Shown piece after piece: positions 38,457 to 48,578 of a stretch of DNA of 64,000 nucleotides. The position numbers and the translations under genes are program-made. Position 1 is the first letter of the stretch, and every line of letters begins with the position of its first letter. Source of the stretch: an uncultured bacterium (GTDB lineage Bacteria; Bacillota; Clostridia; Oscillospirales; Ruminococcaceae); assembly GCA_934875375.1 (NCBI GenBank), contig CAKXHL010000002.1:1330-65329 (forward strand). The letters are read 5' to 3'. The notes under the pieces were generated by a model that worked only from the letters and a program-made list of their open reading frames with translations, was not told the DNA's origin and did not search any database.

Positions 38457-39791
38457 ATGCCGCTTGCTTCTTTCACTTTTTTGTATCTGTTCCTGCCTGT
38501 TTCGCTGGCAGTATATTACCTGTTCCCCCAACGGATGCGCTACGGAGTCCTGTTGGGGATTTCCCTTGTTTTTTTCCTGCTGGGCGATCCTGTCTCCCTT
38601 TTATTTTTATCCGTTTCCGCCACAGTGGACTATGGGCTCGGGCTTTTGATGGAACACTTTGATGAGCAAAATCCGCGCCGGCGGGCCATTATGGTGGTGA
38701 TGGTCGCCAAAAACCTGCTTTTCTTTTTCGGCGTCTCCTGTTTTTGCCAGCTGCACGGCCTGCAAACACCGTTGGGTCTTGCTGTATGCACCCTGCTGGG
38801 AACCGGTTATGCGGTGGATATCTATAACGGCGAGGCGCTTTATGAGCATAATTGGGGGAAATTCCTGCTGGCCCATATCCTGTTTATGAAGCTCCCCGCC
38901 GGGCCGCTGGTCCGCTACCGCTCGCTGTGCGAGCAGTTTTCGCCCAAAAAGGCGGATCTTGCGCAGATGAGCGAATCGATCTGCCTGCTGATTCAAGGGG
39001 CAGCCAAACAGGTCATTCTAGGCGTGCCAATCCAACAGCTGTATACCGCCCTTTCGGGCTTTTCCCGGTCGGAACATTCGGTTTTTTCTCTGTGGCTGAT
39101 GCCTTTGTGCGCCGCCATGAGCCTGTATTTCACCCTGTCCGGCTACTGCGACATGGCCCGCGGCCTGGGCGGGATGTTCGGCGTGGCGCTTCCACGGAAT
39201 TTTTATTACCCGTATCAGTCCCGGTCCGTGACCGATTTTGTGGGCCGTTTTAACATCTCGGTCACCGCCTATCTGAAAACTTATATCTATCACCCCCTGG
39301 GCGAAGACTCCGGCGGCTTTGCCTCCGCCGCCCTCAATATTGGATTGGTCACGCTGCTGTGGGGTCTCTGGTTCGGTTTTCGCATCAACTATCTTTTGTG
39401 GGGGCTTTATTTTGTCCTGCTGATTCTGCTGGAGCGTTCAGTTTGGGGCAGGATTCTCGTCAAGCTGCCGGTGTTTCTGCTGCGGGTCTATACCTTTTCG
39501 CTGGTTCTTTTCTCTTTCGTGATCTTTAACGGCCGCAGCGTCGGGCAAAGCCTGTTTTTCTTTCTGGGAATGCTTGGCTTGGGCGGCCTTGCGCCCGCTA
39601 CTTCCCCGGTGCTGTATCTGGCCAGCCAATACGCCCCTTATCTCATTCTGGCCGTTTTGTTCAGCACCAGCCTGCCCCATTCGCTCAAGGGCGCCCTGCG
39701 GCGAAAATCCCCGGCGGCGGCCGCCCTGGCCGGAGCCGTTTGCTACGGTGCCCTGCTGATTTTAACCACCGGCTTTCTTCTGCATCCATAA
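38457..39791 (+). CDS. MBOAT-family membrane-bound O-acyltransferase (DltB/AlgI-like)
   Basis: Polytopic 444 aa. Conserved RFNISVTAYLKTYIYHPLG block carrying the MBOAT His. Confidence 0.75.
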   Translation: MPLASFTFLYLFLPVSLAVYYLFPQRMRYGVLLGISLVFFLLGDPVSLLFLSVSATVDYGLGLLMEHFDEQNPRRRAIMVVMVAKNLLFFFGVSCFCQLHGLQTPLGLAVCTLLGTGYAVDIYNGEALYEHNWGKFLLAHILFMKLPAGPLVRYRSLCEQFSPKKADLAQMSESICLLIQGAAKQVILGVPIQQLYTALSGFSRSEHSVFSLWLMPLCAAMSLYFTLSGYCDMARGLGGMFGVALPRNFYYPYQSRSVTDFVGRFNISVTAYLKTYIYHPLGEDSGGFASAALNIGLVTLLWGLWFGFRINYLLWGLYFVLLILLERSVWGRILVKLPVFLLRVYTFSLVLFSFVIFNGRSVGQSLFFFLGMLGLGGLAPATSPVLYLASQYAPYLILAVLFSTSLPHSLKGALRRKSPAAAALAGAVCYGALLILTTGFLLHP

Positions 39792-39815
39792 GCCGTGTCG
39801 GGAAAGGAGGATGTC

Positions 39816-40922
39816 ATGCGTTCTCAAAACCTGGTTTCTTTTTTTCTGCTTCTGCTGTTTTTTGGGCGGGGGGTGGTGTTGGCCCGGGCCGGGGGTTGGC
39901 AGACGCTTACTCTGCCATCCGCCGCGTCGATCTGGGACGGTACTGCTGCCCAGTGGACAGAAAACATCCTTGCCGAATCTTTTGCGGGAAAGGACTTCCT
40001 TTGCAGCGCCGCGGCGGCGCTGCAAACCGCCCTGGGCCGCAATCAGCAAAACGGCTGCTTTTACGGAGAAGACGGGATTTTGCAGAACCTGCCGGACGCG
40101 GACGAAGCCATTACTGCCAATAACCTGCAGGCGCTGCAGGCATATTCCGCCCAAACCTCCTCGCCCTGCTATTTTCTGCTGTCGCCTACCGCCGCGGCGA
40201 TTGCGCAGCAAAAAATCCCCAGCTTGGCGCTGGAATCCCTGTTCAATCAAAAGCTGTATATCCAGCGCTGTTACAGCTCCCTCTCCTCCTTCCGCACTAT
40301 CGACGCATATAACGGGCTGTTTTCCCATCAGTCAGAATACCTTTTTTACCGCACAGATTCCCGCCTCACCGCATTGGGCTGCTATTATCTGTACGTCAGC
40401 GCCGGGGAAAAGCTGGGCTATACCGCCCGTTCCATGGACTATTTCTCCATCTCCTACCCGATGCATGACTATCGGGGTAATTTGACGCAGCAGGTGCCTT
40501 ATGCCCAGGTGGAGCCCGACGTGATCTCCCTGTTCCATTACCAAAAGCACAATCGGGACATCCGCCTGGTGCAGGATCCATTGGGCAATGCCTCCGCGGC
40601 GCCGCTGTATGATACCAGCCTGTTAAAGAGCAGCGACCCTTTGCAGGTCTATCTGGGGCCGAACCGCGGCGTAACCGATCTTCTGGTTAGCGAAACTCCC
40701 TATGACGGGTGTTTGCTGGTTTTGACCGACGGCAGCTGCAACGCCCTTTTCCCGCTGATTGCCATTCATTATCAGCAGATCCGGGTCGTCGATCTGCGAT
40801 CGGTTACCGCCGACCAGCTTGCTCAAATCAACCCGGATTCCTTTGACCAGGTGTTGTTTGCCTTTTCGGTGGAAACGTTCGGCTATGACAGCCTGGTGGG
40901 AGATGTGCTGGGAGAGGGCTAA
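39816..40922 (+). CDS. MBOAT-partner protein, DHHW/AlgJ/DltD-like (motif apparently degenerate)
   Basis: N-terminal TM anchor then a ~340-aa extracytoplasmic domain, encoded 4 nt after MBOAT. Region LFYRTDSRLT aligns by eye where DHHW proteins carry YxTDHHWT. Confidence 0.4.
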   Translation: MRSQNLVSFFLLLLFFGRGVVLARAGGWQTLTLPSAASIWDGTAAQWTENILAESFAGKDFLCSAAAALQTALGRNQQNGCFYGEDGILQNLPDADEAITANNLQALQAYSAQTSSPCYFLLSPTAAAIAQQKIPSLALESLFNQKLYIQRCYSSLSSFRTIDAYNGLFSHQSEYLFYRTDSRLTALGCYYLYVSAGEKLGYTARSMDYFSISYPMHDYRGNLTQQVPYAQVEPDVISLFHYQKHNRDIRLVQDPLGNASAAPLYDTSLLKSSDPLQVYLGPNRGVTDLLVSETPYDGCLLVLTDGSCNALFPLIAIHYQQIRVVDLRSVTADQLAQINPDSFDQVLFAFSVETFGYDSLVGDVLGEG

Positions 40923-41053
40923 CATTTTGGGGGATTTCCTTTCCAAATCAGCATTTTTGGGGGAATGGGCCGCGGTTTTTACCTTTCTTTTACCGCAGCG
41001 TGCCCTGTTTTTTTACCTCTTTGCCGTAAACTGACGGCAAAGGAGGCGAAGAG

Positions 41054-41302
41054 ATGTCGATTTTTGCAAAACGTATGATTACCCTGTCCGTTGTTCTCAC
41101 CGGGCTGCTTCTGGCGGTGCTGCCGGTCTTTTCCCCCAATCCAACCGACCGTATGATTCACGCCTTTGCCGTATCCGGCGGCTTTGTGGCGTTCGGCGCG
41201 CTTGTCTGGAGCTGGGCGGTTCTGCGCTGTCCTCATTGCGGCGCAAGCTTGCCCTTGCGCGGCTGGTCGGATGTCCACTGTCCCCACTGCGGCAAAAAAT
41301 GA
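41054..41302 (+). CDS. Small membrane protein with C-terminal CPHCG...CPHCG zinc-ribbon
   Basis: RBS AAAGGAGG. Two TM helices then CPHCGASLPLRGWSDVHCPHCGKK. Confidence 0.45.
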   Translation: MSIFAKRMITLSVVLTGLLLAVLPVFSPNPTDRMIHAFAVSGGFVAFGALVWSWAVLRCPHCGASLPLRGWSDVHCPHCGKK

Positions 41303-41430
41303 GAAGAGAAATCCAAAGGAGCCTGAAGCGCATGTACGCCCGGTGATGTTTGACTTTTTCAGTTTTTTTTGCTATCGATGTTCCTATCGAAAGGCAAATG
41401 CTGTCCGAACATAGAAGGAGGTCGCCCAAA

Positions 41431-41821
41431 ATGGAAACATTTGGTCAAAATTGTATGATGCCGCTCAAAAAGCGTCCAATCCCCGTGTGGTATCTGATAT
41501 GATCCAAGCGGGAGAGTTTGCCGCCGCGGTAGAGTCTGACTCCGGGAAAATATATGTGGGGGTCTGCGTAGATTCAGCATGCACGTTAGGCATATGCGCA
41601 GAACGAAATGCTATTTTTCATATGATTACAAATGGGGAACATCAAATCCGGCGCGTGATTGCCGTGTCGCGGACGGAAAAGCGGTTCCGCCCTGCGGCGC
41701 CTGCAGGGAATTGATGGCCCAGCTCATGCCTGAACATTATCAAGACATTGAAATCATGCTCGATTATGAGAAAAATCGCGTTGTCACGCTTGGGGAATTG
41801 ACCCCGGAATGGTGGATATAG
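41431..41821 (+). pseudogene. Cytidine/deoxycytidylate deaminase-like gene disrupted by two frameshifts
   Basis: CDA motifs CAERNAI (zinc-ligand block) and PCGACRELM lie in different frames (ORFs 41451..41714 and 41579..41821). A likely upstream start METFGQ (RBS AAGGAGG) is in a third frame; the break sits at an A4 run. Confidence 0.55.
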
Positions 41822-41958
41822 GCCACCGCGACTGCGTTGGGGGCTCTTCCAAACAAAAAGGCCCCTTTTCTCTGCGCAGGCTTTCATGCCCTGCAAAGCT
41901 TTTGCCGAAAGGCTGCGCAGAGAAAAGGGACTGTCCCCAAAAATCCGGGACGCCAATT

Positions 41959-42003
41959 AAAAAATCCTCCCCATGGGCTTGCCCACGGCGGAGGATTTTT
42001 TTG
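41959..42003. terminator. Bidirectional terminator
   Basis: aaaaaatcctcc-(nested hairpin ccatgggcttgcccacgg)-cggaggatttttttt. Confidence 0.7.
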
Positions 42004-42028
42004 CAGCAATCGTCTGTTCTGATCTTTT

Positions 42029-43390
42029 TTAGTTTTTTAAACTCTGCAGCGGCGCCGGAATCCGACCGCCGCGGCGGATAAATTTTGCGGGACTCACCTG
42101 GTTGACCGGCATGACCGGGCCGCTGCCCAGCAGGCCGCCGAATTCCAGTTCCTCTCCCTCTTTTTTGCCGATGGCCGGAATAATGCGCACTGCCGTAGTT
42201 TTGGAGTTGACCATACCAATGGCCGCTTCGTCGGCAATGATCGCAGCAATCACCTCCGCCGGAGTATCGCCAGGGCAAACAATCATGTCCAGTCCCACCG
42301 AGCAGACAGCGGTCATGGCTTCCAGCTTTTCCAGCTTCAAACAGCCGGTCCGGGCGGCGTTGATCATACCCGCGTCCTCCGAAACCGGGATAAACGCGCC
42401 GGAGAGCCCTCCCACATGGGACGAGGCCATCACGCCGCCTTTTTTCACCGCGTCGTTTAACAAAGCCAGCGCGGCGGTAGTGCCGTAGCAGCCACACTGC
42501 GCCAGTCCCATCTCCTCCAGAATGTGCGCCACCGAGTCGCCCACTGCCGGCGTCGGCGCCAAAGACAGATCCACAATACCAAAGGGTACGCCCAGCCGCC
42601 GGGACGCTTCCGACCCCACCAGCTGACCCATCCGGGTAATTTTAAACGCCGTTTTCTTGATGATATCCGCAATATCGGTCAAATCCCCGTCTGGGCACTT
42701 GGTCAGCGCCGCCCGTACCACCCCGGGGCCGGATACGCCTACATTGATGACACATTCCGGTTCACCGGGTCCGTGGAATGCCCCAGCCATAAAGGGGTTA
42801 TCCTCCGGCGCATTGCAGAATACCACCAGCTTGGCCGCTCCAATGCAGTCCCAGTCAGCGGTCAGCCGCGCCGCCTCGCAGACCACTTTGCCCATTACCC
42901 CGACCGCGTCCATGTTGATCCCGGTCTTGGTGGAGCCGATGTTCACCGACGAGCAGACAAATTCCGTCTGTGCCAGCGCCCGCGGAATGGATTCGATCAG
43001 TTCTTTATCCCCTGCGGCAAATCCTTTGTGTACCAAAGCCGAATAGCCGCCGATAAAGTTGACCCCCACTTCCTTTGCCGCCCGGTCCAAAGTCAGGGCG
43101 TATTTTACCGGATCTCCCCCGGAGGCCGCCACCAGCATGGCGATAGGCGTTACCGAAATGCGCTTGTTGATGATCGGGATTCCGTATTCCGCCTCAATCT
43201 GCTCTCCCACCTGCACCAGGTTTTTGGCGTAGGTGGTGATTTTGTCGTACACTTTCTGACAGGAGCGGTCGATGTCCGGGTCACAGCAGGACAGAAGCGA
43301 AATCCCCATCGTAATGGTCCGGATATCCAGATGCTCCTCTTCGATCATCTGGACCGTTTCCATAATATCCTTCATGTTAATCATGGCCAT
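42029..43390 (-). CDS. PFL-family protein (UPF0210/DUF711)
   Basis: 453 aa, [28 protein letters not shown]... N-terminus typical of UPF0210. Always paired with the small ACT protein upstream. Confidence 0.75.
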   Translation of the reverse strand: MAMINMKDIMETVQMIEEEHLDIRTITMGISLLSCCDPDIDRSCQKVYDKITTYAKNLVQVGEQIEAEYGIPIINKRISVTPIAMLVAASGGDPVKYALTLDRAAKEVGVNFIGGYSALVHKGFAAGDKELIESIPRALAQTEFVCSSVNIGSTKTGINMDAVGVMGKVVCEAARLTADWDCIGAAKLVVFCNAPEDNPFMAGAFHGPGEPECVINVGVSGPGVVRAALTKCPDGDLTDIADIIKKTAFKITRMGQLVGSEASRRLGVPFGIVDLSLAPTPAVGDSVAHILEEMGLAQCGCYGTTAALALLNDAVKKGGVMASSHVGGLSGAFIPVSEDAGMINAARTGCLKLEKLEAMTAVCSVGLDMIVCPGDTPAEVIAAIIADEAAIGMVNSKTTAVRIIPAIGKKEGEELEFGGLLGSGPVMPVNQVSPAKFIRRGGRIPAPLQSLKN

Positions 43391-43398
43391 GCCCTCCC

Positions 43399-43668
43399 TT
43401 AAATGCGGTGCATCGAATGAAAGATATCCTCGTGCATCACATGAATCTTGAGGTTCTTTTCTTCTCCCAGCTCGTTCATCGACTGGGACAGCCCGTTAAT
43501 ACCGCCGGACAGATGGTCAATATTCACCAGCATCACCATGACGAACAGTTCCTCCATCACCGACTGGGTCACCTCGATCACATTGGCATTGTGCTCGGCG
43601 CAGACCTGGCTGACCGCCGCCAGAATGCCTACCGTATCCTGGCCCACCACTGTAATAATTGCTCTCAT
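43399..43668 (-). CDS. ACT-domain protein (UPF0237)
   Basis: 89 aa, [38 protein letters not shown]... is an ACT fold. Confidence 0.7.
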   Translation of the reverse strand: MRAIITVVGQDTVGILAAVSQVCAEHNANVIEVTQSVMEELFVMVMLVNIDHLSGGINGLSQSMNELGEEKNLKIHVMHEDIFHSMHRI

Positions 43669-43692
43669 CTTTGTTTCTTTCCTTTCTTTTGA

Positions 43693-43715
43693 ATTGTCCT
43701 TGTATCAAGGACAAT
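43693..43715. promoter_or_regulatory. Perfect 23-bp palindrome in the leader of the ACT-PFL operon
   Basis: ATTGTCCTTG-TAT-CAAGGACAAT, ~25 nt upstream of the ACT gene RBS. Confidence 0.45.
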
Positions 43716-43837
43716 TTTCTGCAAAATGTCCATAACAGAACCGAAAGAAGGGCGAACCGGTTTGTTCGCCCCTTTGTCTCCACCGGGAGGACAAAAACAC
43801 AGATCTTCTCCGCTTTTTGCCTACAGCGGATATCGTC

Positions 43838-44554
43838 CTATTGACAGTTGTCCACCAACCAGCGGAACAGATTGACAAAATCGCCAAACCGCTGCGCCAT
43901 ATTTTCCGGATGGAACTGTACGCAGAGGATCTTTTTATCCATACATTCCATCGCCTCTGCAATACCGTCCGCCGCCGTTCCGGTAACGGTAAAACCTCTG
44001 GCGATGTCCTTCACAGCCTGATGATGGAACGAGTTGGTCATGATCTTATCCGTCCCCATCAGCTGCCTGATGACGCTGTCCTCTTTTAAATCGACCCAGT
44101 GGAACGGCTCGTCCCGGTCGTCCATGCTGCCCACATGGGCCTGGACGCTTTTTGTCTGAGAGGGAATATCCTGAATCATGTTTCCTCCGAAAGCCACATT
44201 GGCCAGCTGCATGCCCCGGCAGATGCCGAATACCGGCTTTTTCGCCGCCACGCAACCCTTAATCATCTGGATTTCAAACACATCCTGATCCATATTAAAA
44301 TGGCTCATGCCGCGCACCGGGTCCTCCCCGTACAGATGGGGCGCAATATCCCCGCCGCCGGGACAGAGAAAACCGTCAATAGAGTCAATGTATTGCGCAA
44401 TCAGTTCCGGATCGTTGGTCGCCGAGAGAATGACAGGACAGCCGCCCGCCATCCGAATGGATTTTATGTAGTCGCCGCCAATGCCGTAGCTGCCGCGGGG
44501 CCCCACTTTTGCCATAAAAATGCCGGTAATGCCGATGATCGGTTTTTTACTCAT
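43838..44554 (-). CDS. Gamma-glutamyl-GABA hydrolase-like class-I glutamine amidotransferase (peptidase C26)
   Basis: GICRGMQLANVAFGG (Cys nucleophile) and FHPE (His) are the C26/PuuD triad context. Confidence 0.8.
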   Translation of the reverse strand: MSKKPIIGITGIFMAKVGPRGSYGIGGDYIKSIRMAGGCPVILSATNDPELIAQYIDSIDGFLCPGGGDIAPHLYGEDPVRGMSHFNMDQDVFEIQMIKGCVAAKKPVFGICRGMQLANVAFGGNMIQDIPSQTKSVQAHVGSMDDRDEPFHWVDLKEDSVIRQLMGTDKIMTNSFHHQAVKDIARGFTVTGTAADGIAEAMECMDKKILCVQFHPENMAQRFGDFVNLFRWLVDNCQ

Positions 44555-44763
44555 AATTGGATTCCTGCCCTTTCTCTGAATTGGCCGTTAAGCCCTTTAA
44601 ACGAGTTTAAGTATAGCATACCTGTTATTGGGTTGCAATCGTTTTTTCGGGTACAGGCCGCAGCCCCGGCCGCAAAAAGAGGAAAAAAACGCCCTTTCCC
44701 ATTGTGAATCCGCCGCCTCTTATGTTATACTGTTTTCACCACGCACAAAGAAAGGGGACTCTT

Positions 44764-45573
44764 ATGTATCTGAATATATTTGACAGCCACACGCACAGCG
44801 ACACATCCTGGGATGCGGAGCATTCCCTCACCTTTTTGTGCGAAACTGCCGTAAAAAAGGGGATCCTCGGTTTTGCCATCACCGACCACTGCGAAATCAA
44901 CGAGTATGTAACCCGAGACATTGAAACCCGCATCCGGCAGGGATATTTTGAAATGCTGAAAGCCCGGGCCGCCTTTGGCAAAAGCCTGATGCTCTCTTAC
45001 GGCATTGAGCTGGGACAGATGAATTTTGATCTGGACTTGACCCATCATGTGCTGGAAATGGAGCCTTATGATTTCGTTCTGGGTTCCCTGCACTGTATCC
45101 GCGGCAATGAAGATTTTTACTTTATGGATTTTCAGGACGAAGACCCCTACGCTTTGCTGGAGGAATATTATCAGGAGCTTTACGAAATCGCCAGGCTGAA
45201 CCTGTTTGACTCCATGGCTCATATCACCTACCCGATCCGCTATATGAACGGCAAGCATCATCTCGGGGTGGACCTGTCCCGGATGGACGATCTGATTGAT
45301 CTGACCTTGCGTACCCTGGCCCAAAACGGCAGGGCGCTGGAGATCAATACCTCCGGTCTGCGCGGCCCCATTGGGGAAACCTCGCCGACCTTAAAATATG
45401 TCAAGCGCTTCTGTGAATTGGGCGGCGAATACGTCACCCTCGGCTCCGACGCACATGCTGCGGAGGATTTGGGCGAAGGCATCCAGCAGGCCATGGAACT
45501 GGCCTGCCAGGCCGGTTTTTCTTACTTTACCTTTTACAAAAAACGGCAGCCCCGGTTGCTGCAAATTTATTAG
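44764..45573 (+). CDS. PHP-domain (histidinol-phosphatase family) metal-dependent phosphoesterase
   Basis: MYLNIFDSHTHSDTSWDAEHS...ITDH...LGSDAHAAEDLGEG are PHP metal-ligand motifs. Confidence 0.7.
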   Translation: MYLNIFDSHTHSDTSWDAEHSLTFLCETAVKKGILGFAITDHCEINEYVTRDIETRIRQGYFEMLKARAAFGKSLMLSYGIELGQMNFDLDLTHHVLEMEPYDFVLGSLHCIRGNEDFYFMDFQDEDPYALLEEYYQELYEIARLNLFDSMAHITYPIRYMNGKHHLGVDLSRMDDLIDLTLRTLAQNGRALEINTSGLRGPIGETSPTLKYVKRFCELGGEYVTLGSDAHAAEDLGEGIQQAMELACQAGFSYFTFYKKRQPRLLQIY

Positions 45574-45584
45574 GAGGAATTGTT

Positions 45585-46064
45585 ATGGATCGACTGCTCT
45601 CTTTATTGCAGAACAACGCGCGCCTTACCAACAAGCAGCTGGCCGTCATGCTGGGCCGGGAAGAAGAAGACGTGGCAAAGGCCATTGCAGCATATGAAAA
45701 ATCCGGCGTGATCCGCGGCTATCAGGCGGTCATCGACTGGGATAAAACCGATTCTCCCACCGTATTCGCCCGCATCGAAATCAAGGTCACGCCCAAAAAG
45801 GACTTTGGCTTTGAGGAGATCGCCCGCACCATCATGGAGCTGGAAGAGGTTCAGTCGGTCAGCCTGATGAGCGGCGGCTATGACCTGGCTTTGACCGTAT
45901 CCGGCAAAACTTTCCGGGATATTGCCATGTTTGTGGCCCACCGGCTCTCCCCCATCGATTCGGTCAATTCTACCGCGACCCACTTTATTCTGAAAAAATA
46001 CAAAGAGCGGGGCGTGGTGTTTGAGGAAGAGATCAAAGATGAGAGGAGGATGACCCTGCTGTGA
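45585..46064 (+). CDS. Lrp/AsnC-family transcriptional regulator
   Basis: N-terminal HTH (LLQNNARLTNKQLAVMLGREEEDVAKAI) and a C-terminal RAM domain. Confidence 0.85.
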   Translation: MDRLLSLLQNNARLTNKQLAVMLGREEEDVAKAIAAYEKSGVIRGYQAVIDWDKTDSPTVFARIEIKVTPKKDFGFEEIARTIMELEEVQSVSLMSGGYDLALTVSGKTFRDIAMFVAHRLSPIDSVNSTATHFILKKYKERGVVFEEEIKDERRMTLL

Positions 46065-47242
46065 TCGACTACGACAAGATCCTGTCCCAGCGCACAGTGG
46101 CCATCAAACCCTCCGGCATCCGCAAATTTTTCGATATTGCGGCGGAAATGGATGACGTAATCTCTTTAGGCGTGGGCGAGCCGGATTTCAAAACCCCCTG
46201 GAGCATTCGTCATGCCGGCGCCGAATCGCTGGAAAAGGGGCGCACCTGGTATACAGCCAACGCGGGCCTGGCGCCGCTTCGAACCGAGATTTCCAACTAT
46301 CTGAAACGGCGTTTTTCGCTGGAATACGATCCCAAAGACGAAATTCTCGTCACCGTCGGCGGCTCCGAGGCCATCGACATCTGCATCCGCGCGCTCATCA
46401 ACCCCGGCGACGAAATTCTGCTGCCGGAGCCGTGCTTTGTGGCCTATGCACCCATGGGCACCCTGGCCGATGCTAGGGTTGTCCCCATCCCCACCCGCGC
46501 GGAAGACGGCTTTCGCCTGACCGCCCAACAGCTTCGCGCCGCCATCACGCCGCGCACCAAACTGCTGGTGCTGCCTTTCCCCAACAACCCCACCGGAGCG
46601 GTCATGCGCCGGGAGCATCTGGAGGAAATCGCCCAGGTGCTGCGTGGCACCGATATCGTGGTGCTGTCCGATGAGATTTACGCAGAGATGACCTTTGGCC
46701 GGGAGCGGCATGTGTCCATCGCGGAGATCGACGGTATGCGTGAGCGCACCGTTGTGGTCAACGGCTTCTCCAAGGCTTATGCCATGACCGGATGGCGGTT
46801 GGGCTATGCGGCTGGGCCGGCGCCAATTTTAAAGCAGATGACCAAAATCCATCAATTTGCCATTATGTGCGCGCCCACTACCAGCCAGTACGCGGCGGTG
46901 GAGGCCCTCCGGCACTGTGACGACGAAATCGAGGCCATGGTGGTGCAGTATGACATGCGCCGCCGCCTGCTGGTGGATTCCCTCAATCAGATGGGGCTTT
47001 CCTGCTTTTCACCGGAAGGCGCGTTTTATGTATTCCCCAGTATCCAGTCCACCGGACTGACTTCCGGGCAGTTCTGCGAGCAGCTTTTGTATTCGCAAAA
47101 GGTCGCCGTGGTCCCGGGCAATGCGTTCGGCGAGTCAGGCGAGGGATTTGTCCGCATCTCCTATTCTTATTCGGTGGATCATCTTCTGGAGGCGCTGCGG
47201 CGTATCCAGGCGTTTTTGGAACAGCACAAAGCGCAGAATTAA
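46061..47242 (+). CDS. Pyridoxal-phosphate-dependent class I/II aminotransferase
   Basis: Aminotran_1_2 pattern (NPTGAV, SKAYAMTGWRLGY with the PLP-Lys). Overlaps the Lrp gene by 4 nt. Confidence 0.85.
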   Translation: MIDYDKILSQRTVAIKPSGIRKFFDIAAEMDDVISLGVGEPDFKTPWSIRHAGAESLEKGRTWYTANAGLAPLRTEISNYLKRRFSLEYDPKDEILVTVGGSEAIDICIRALINPGDEILLPEPCFVAYAPMGTLADARVVPIPTRAEDGFRLTAQQLRAAITPRTKLLVLPFPNNPTGAVMRREHLEEIAQVLRGTDIVVLSDEIYAEMTFGRERHVSIAEIDGMRERTVVVNGFSKAYAMTGWRLGYAAGPAPILKQMTKIHQFAIMCAPTTSQYAAVEALRHCDDEIEAMVVQYDMRRRLLVDSLNQMGLSCFSPEGAFYVFPSIQSTGLTSGQFCEQLLYSQKVAVVPGNAFGESGEGFVRISYSYSVDHLLEALRRIQAFLEQHKAQN

Positions 47243-47340
47243 CCGCCGTTTGAAAGGATTATTCTGCCGTTTCTGCGGGCGGACAGAATCTGTTTTCTGT
47301 CCGTCGGCTGTTTCCCTGTTTTTGTAATCTATGCAAACGG

Positions 47341-47364
47341 CCGGGCCGACGGCCCGGCTTTTTT
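47341..47364 (+). terminator. Rho-independent terminator of the aminotransferase operon
   Basis: ccgggccg-ac-ggcccgg followed by CTTTTTTG. Confidence 0.7.
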
Positions 47365-47403
47365 GTGCGTTCATCTCTTTTCAGGAAAGGAAGGCTGATT
47401 TTC

Positions 47404-48543
47404 TTGCCGCAAGTCAGCGTCTGTCAAACCGAATCCTATGACCCCGCCCGGATGCAGGCCGCTGTCCGCGCCCATTTCGAAGCGCTGGACTTATCGCGTC
47501 AGATCCGGCCGGATCTGAAAATCGTCATCAAGCCCAATCTGGTGATGAAGCGTGCCCCGGAGGATGCCGCCACTACCCATCCCGCCTTAGTCGAGGCGGT
47601 AATCCGCCAGCTGCAGCAACTGGGCGCGCAGGATATCACCATTGCAGAAAGCTCCGGCGGCCCCTATGCAGAGCCGCTTTTAAAAAGCCTGTACGAAACC
47701 TGCGGCATGGCCGAAGCGGCCCGCCGAACCGGGGCGAAACTGAATCTTGGCACCGGCAGCCGGGAAATCGGCGGAAACGGCCAGGTCACCCGCCGTTTTA
47801 CAGTCATTGACCCGATTGCAGACGCCGATCTCATTTTGAACCTGTGCAAGCTCAAAACCCACTGTATGACCGTTTTAAGCGGCGCGGTCAAAAATCTGTT
47901 CGGCTGTATCCCCGGCCTGATGAAGCCAGAACTGCATATACGTTATCCGGAAAAGGAAGATTTCTGCCGCATGCTGTTGGATTTGTCCGCCGCATTGCCG
48001 CCGGTGATTTCCTTTGTGGACGCAGTGGAAGCCATGGAAGGGGACGGCCCTACCGGCGGCCGCAAAAAGCATGTGGGGCTTACCCTCTGCTCTGCTGACC
48101 GCTATGCGCTGGATTTGGTCAACGCCGCCGTGCTGGGCATCGACCCAGCCAGCATTCCCACCGTCCGCCAGTCCATCGAGCGCGGCCTTTGCCCCGCTTC
48201 CCTTGCCCAGGTCCAGCTGCTCGGCGACCGGGACGCCCTGACCCAGGCGGGACCGTTTTTGCCGCCCCGCTCCAAACAGACGGATTTTTCTTCTCAATTT
48301 CCGGCGCCGCTGCGCCCGGCCGTCAAAAAGGTCACCCGATGGCTGCAGCCGCGGCCGTCCATTCGCCGGAAGGATTGTATCGGCTGCGGCAAATGCGCCG
48401 AAAGCTGCCCTGCCCACACCATCCGGATACTGGAACGCAAAGCAGTAATCGCTTATCCAAACTGTATTCGCTGCTTTTGTTGCCATGAAATGTGCCCCAA
48501 ACAGGCTGTCGATATCCGCCGGCTGGGAATTTTTGACCTGTGA
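47404..48543 (+). CDS. DUF362-domain protein with C-terminal 2x[4Fe-4S] ferredoxin domain
   Basis: DUF362 N-terminal pattern (SYDPARMQAAV..., IVIKPNLV). C-terminus CIGCGKCAESCP...CIRCFCCHEMCP. Start moved to TTG ~47404 (RBS AGGAAAGGAAGG). The track's GTG 47365 overlaps the preceding terminator. Confidence 0.6.
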   Translation: MPQVSVCQTESYDPARMQAAVRAHFEALDLSRQIRPDLKIVIKPNLVMKRAPEDAATTHPALVEAVIRQLQQLGAQDITIAESSGGPYAEPLLKSLYETCGMAEAARRTGAKLNLGTGSREIGGNGQVTRRFTVIDPIADADLILNLCKLKTHCMTVLSGAVKNLFGCIPGLMKPELHIRYPEKEDFCRMLLDLSAALPPVISFVDAVEAMEGDGPTGGRKKHVGLTLCSADRYALDLVNAAVLGIDPASIPTVRQSIERGLCPASLAQVQLLGDRDALTQAGPFLPPRSKQTDFSSQFPAPLRPAVKKVTRWLQPRPSIRRKDCIGCGKCAESCPAHTIRILERKAVIAYPNCIRCFCCHEMCPKQAVDIRRLGIFDL

Positions 48544-48578
48544 GCGGGCATACTGATTGGCAGGAAAGGAGGCCTTTT

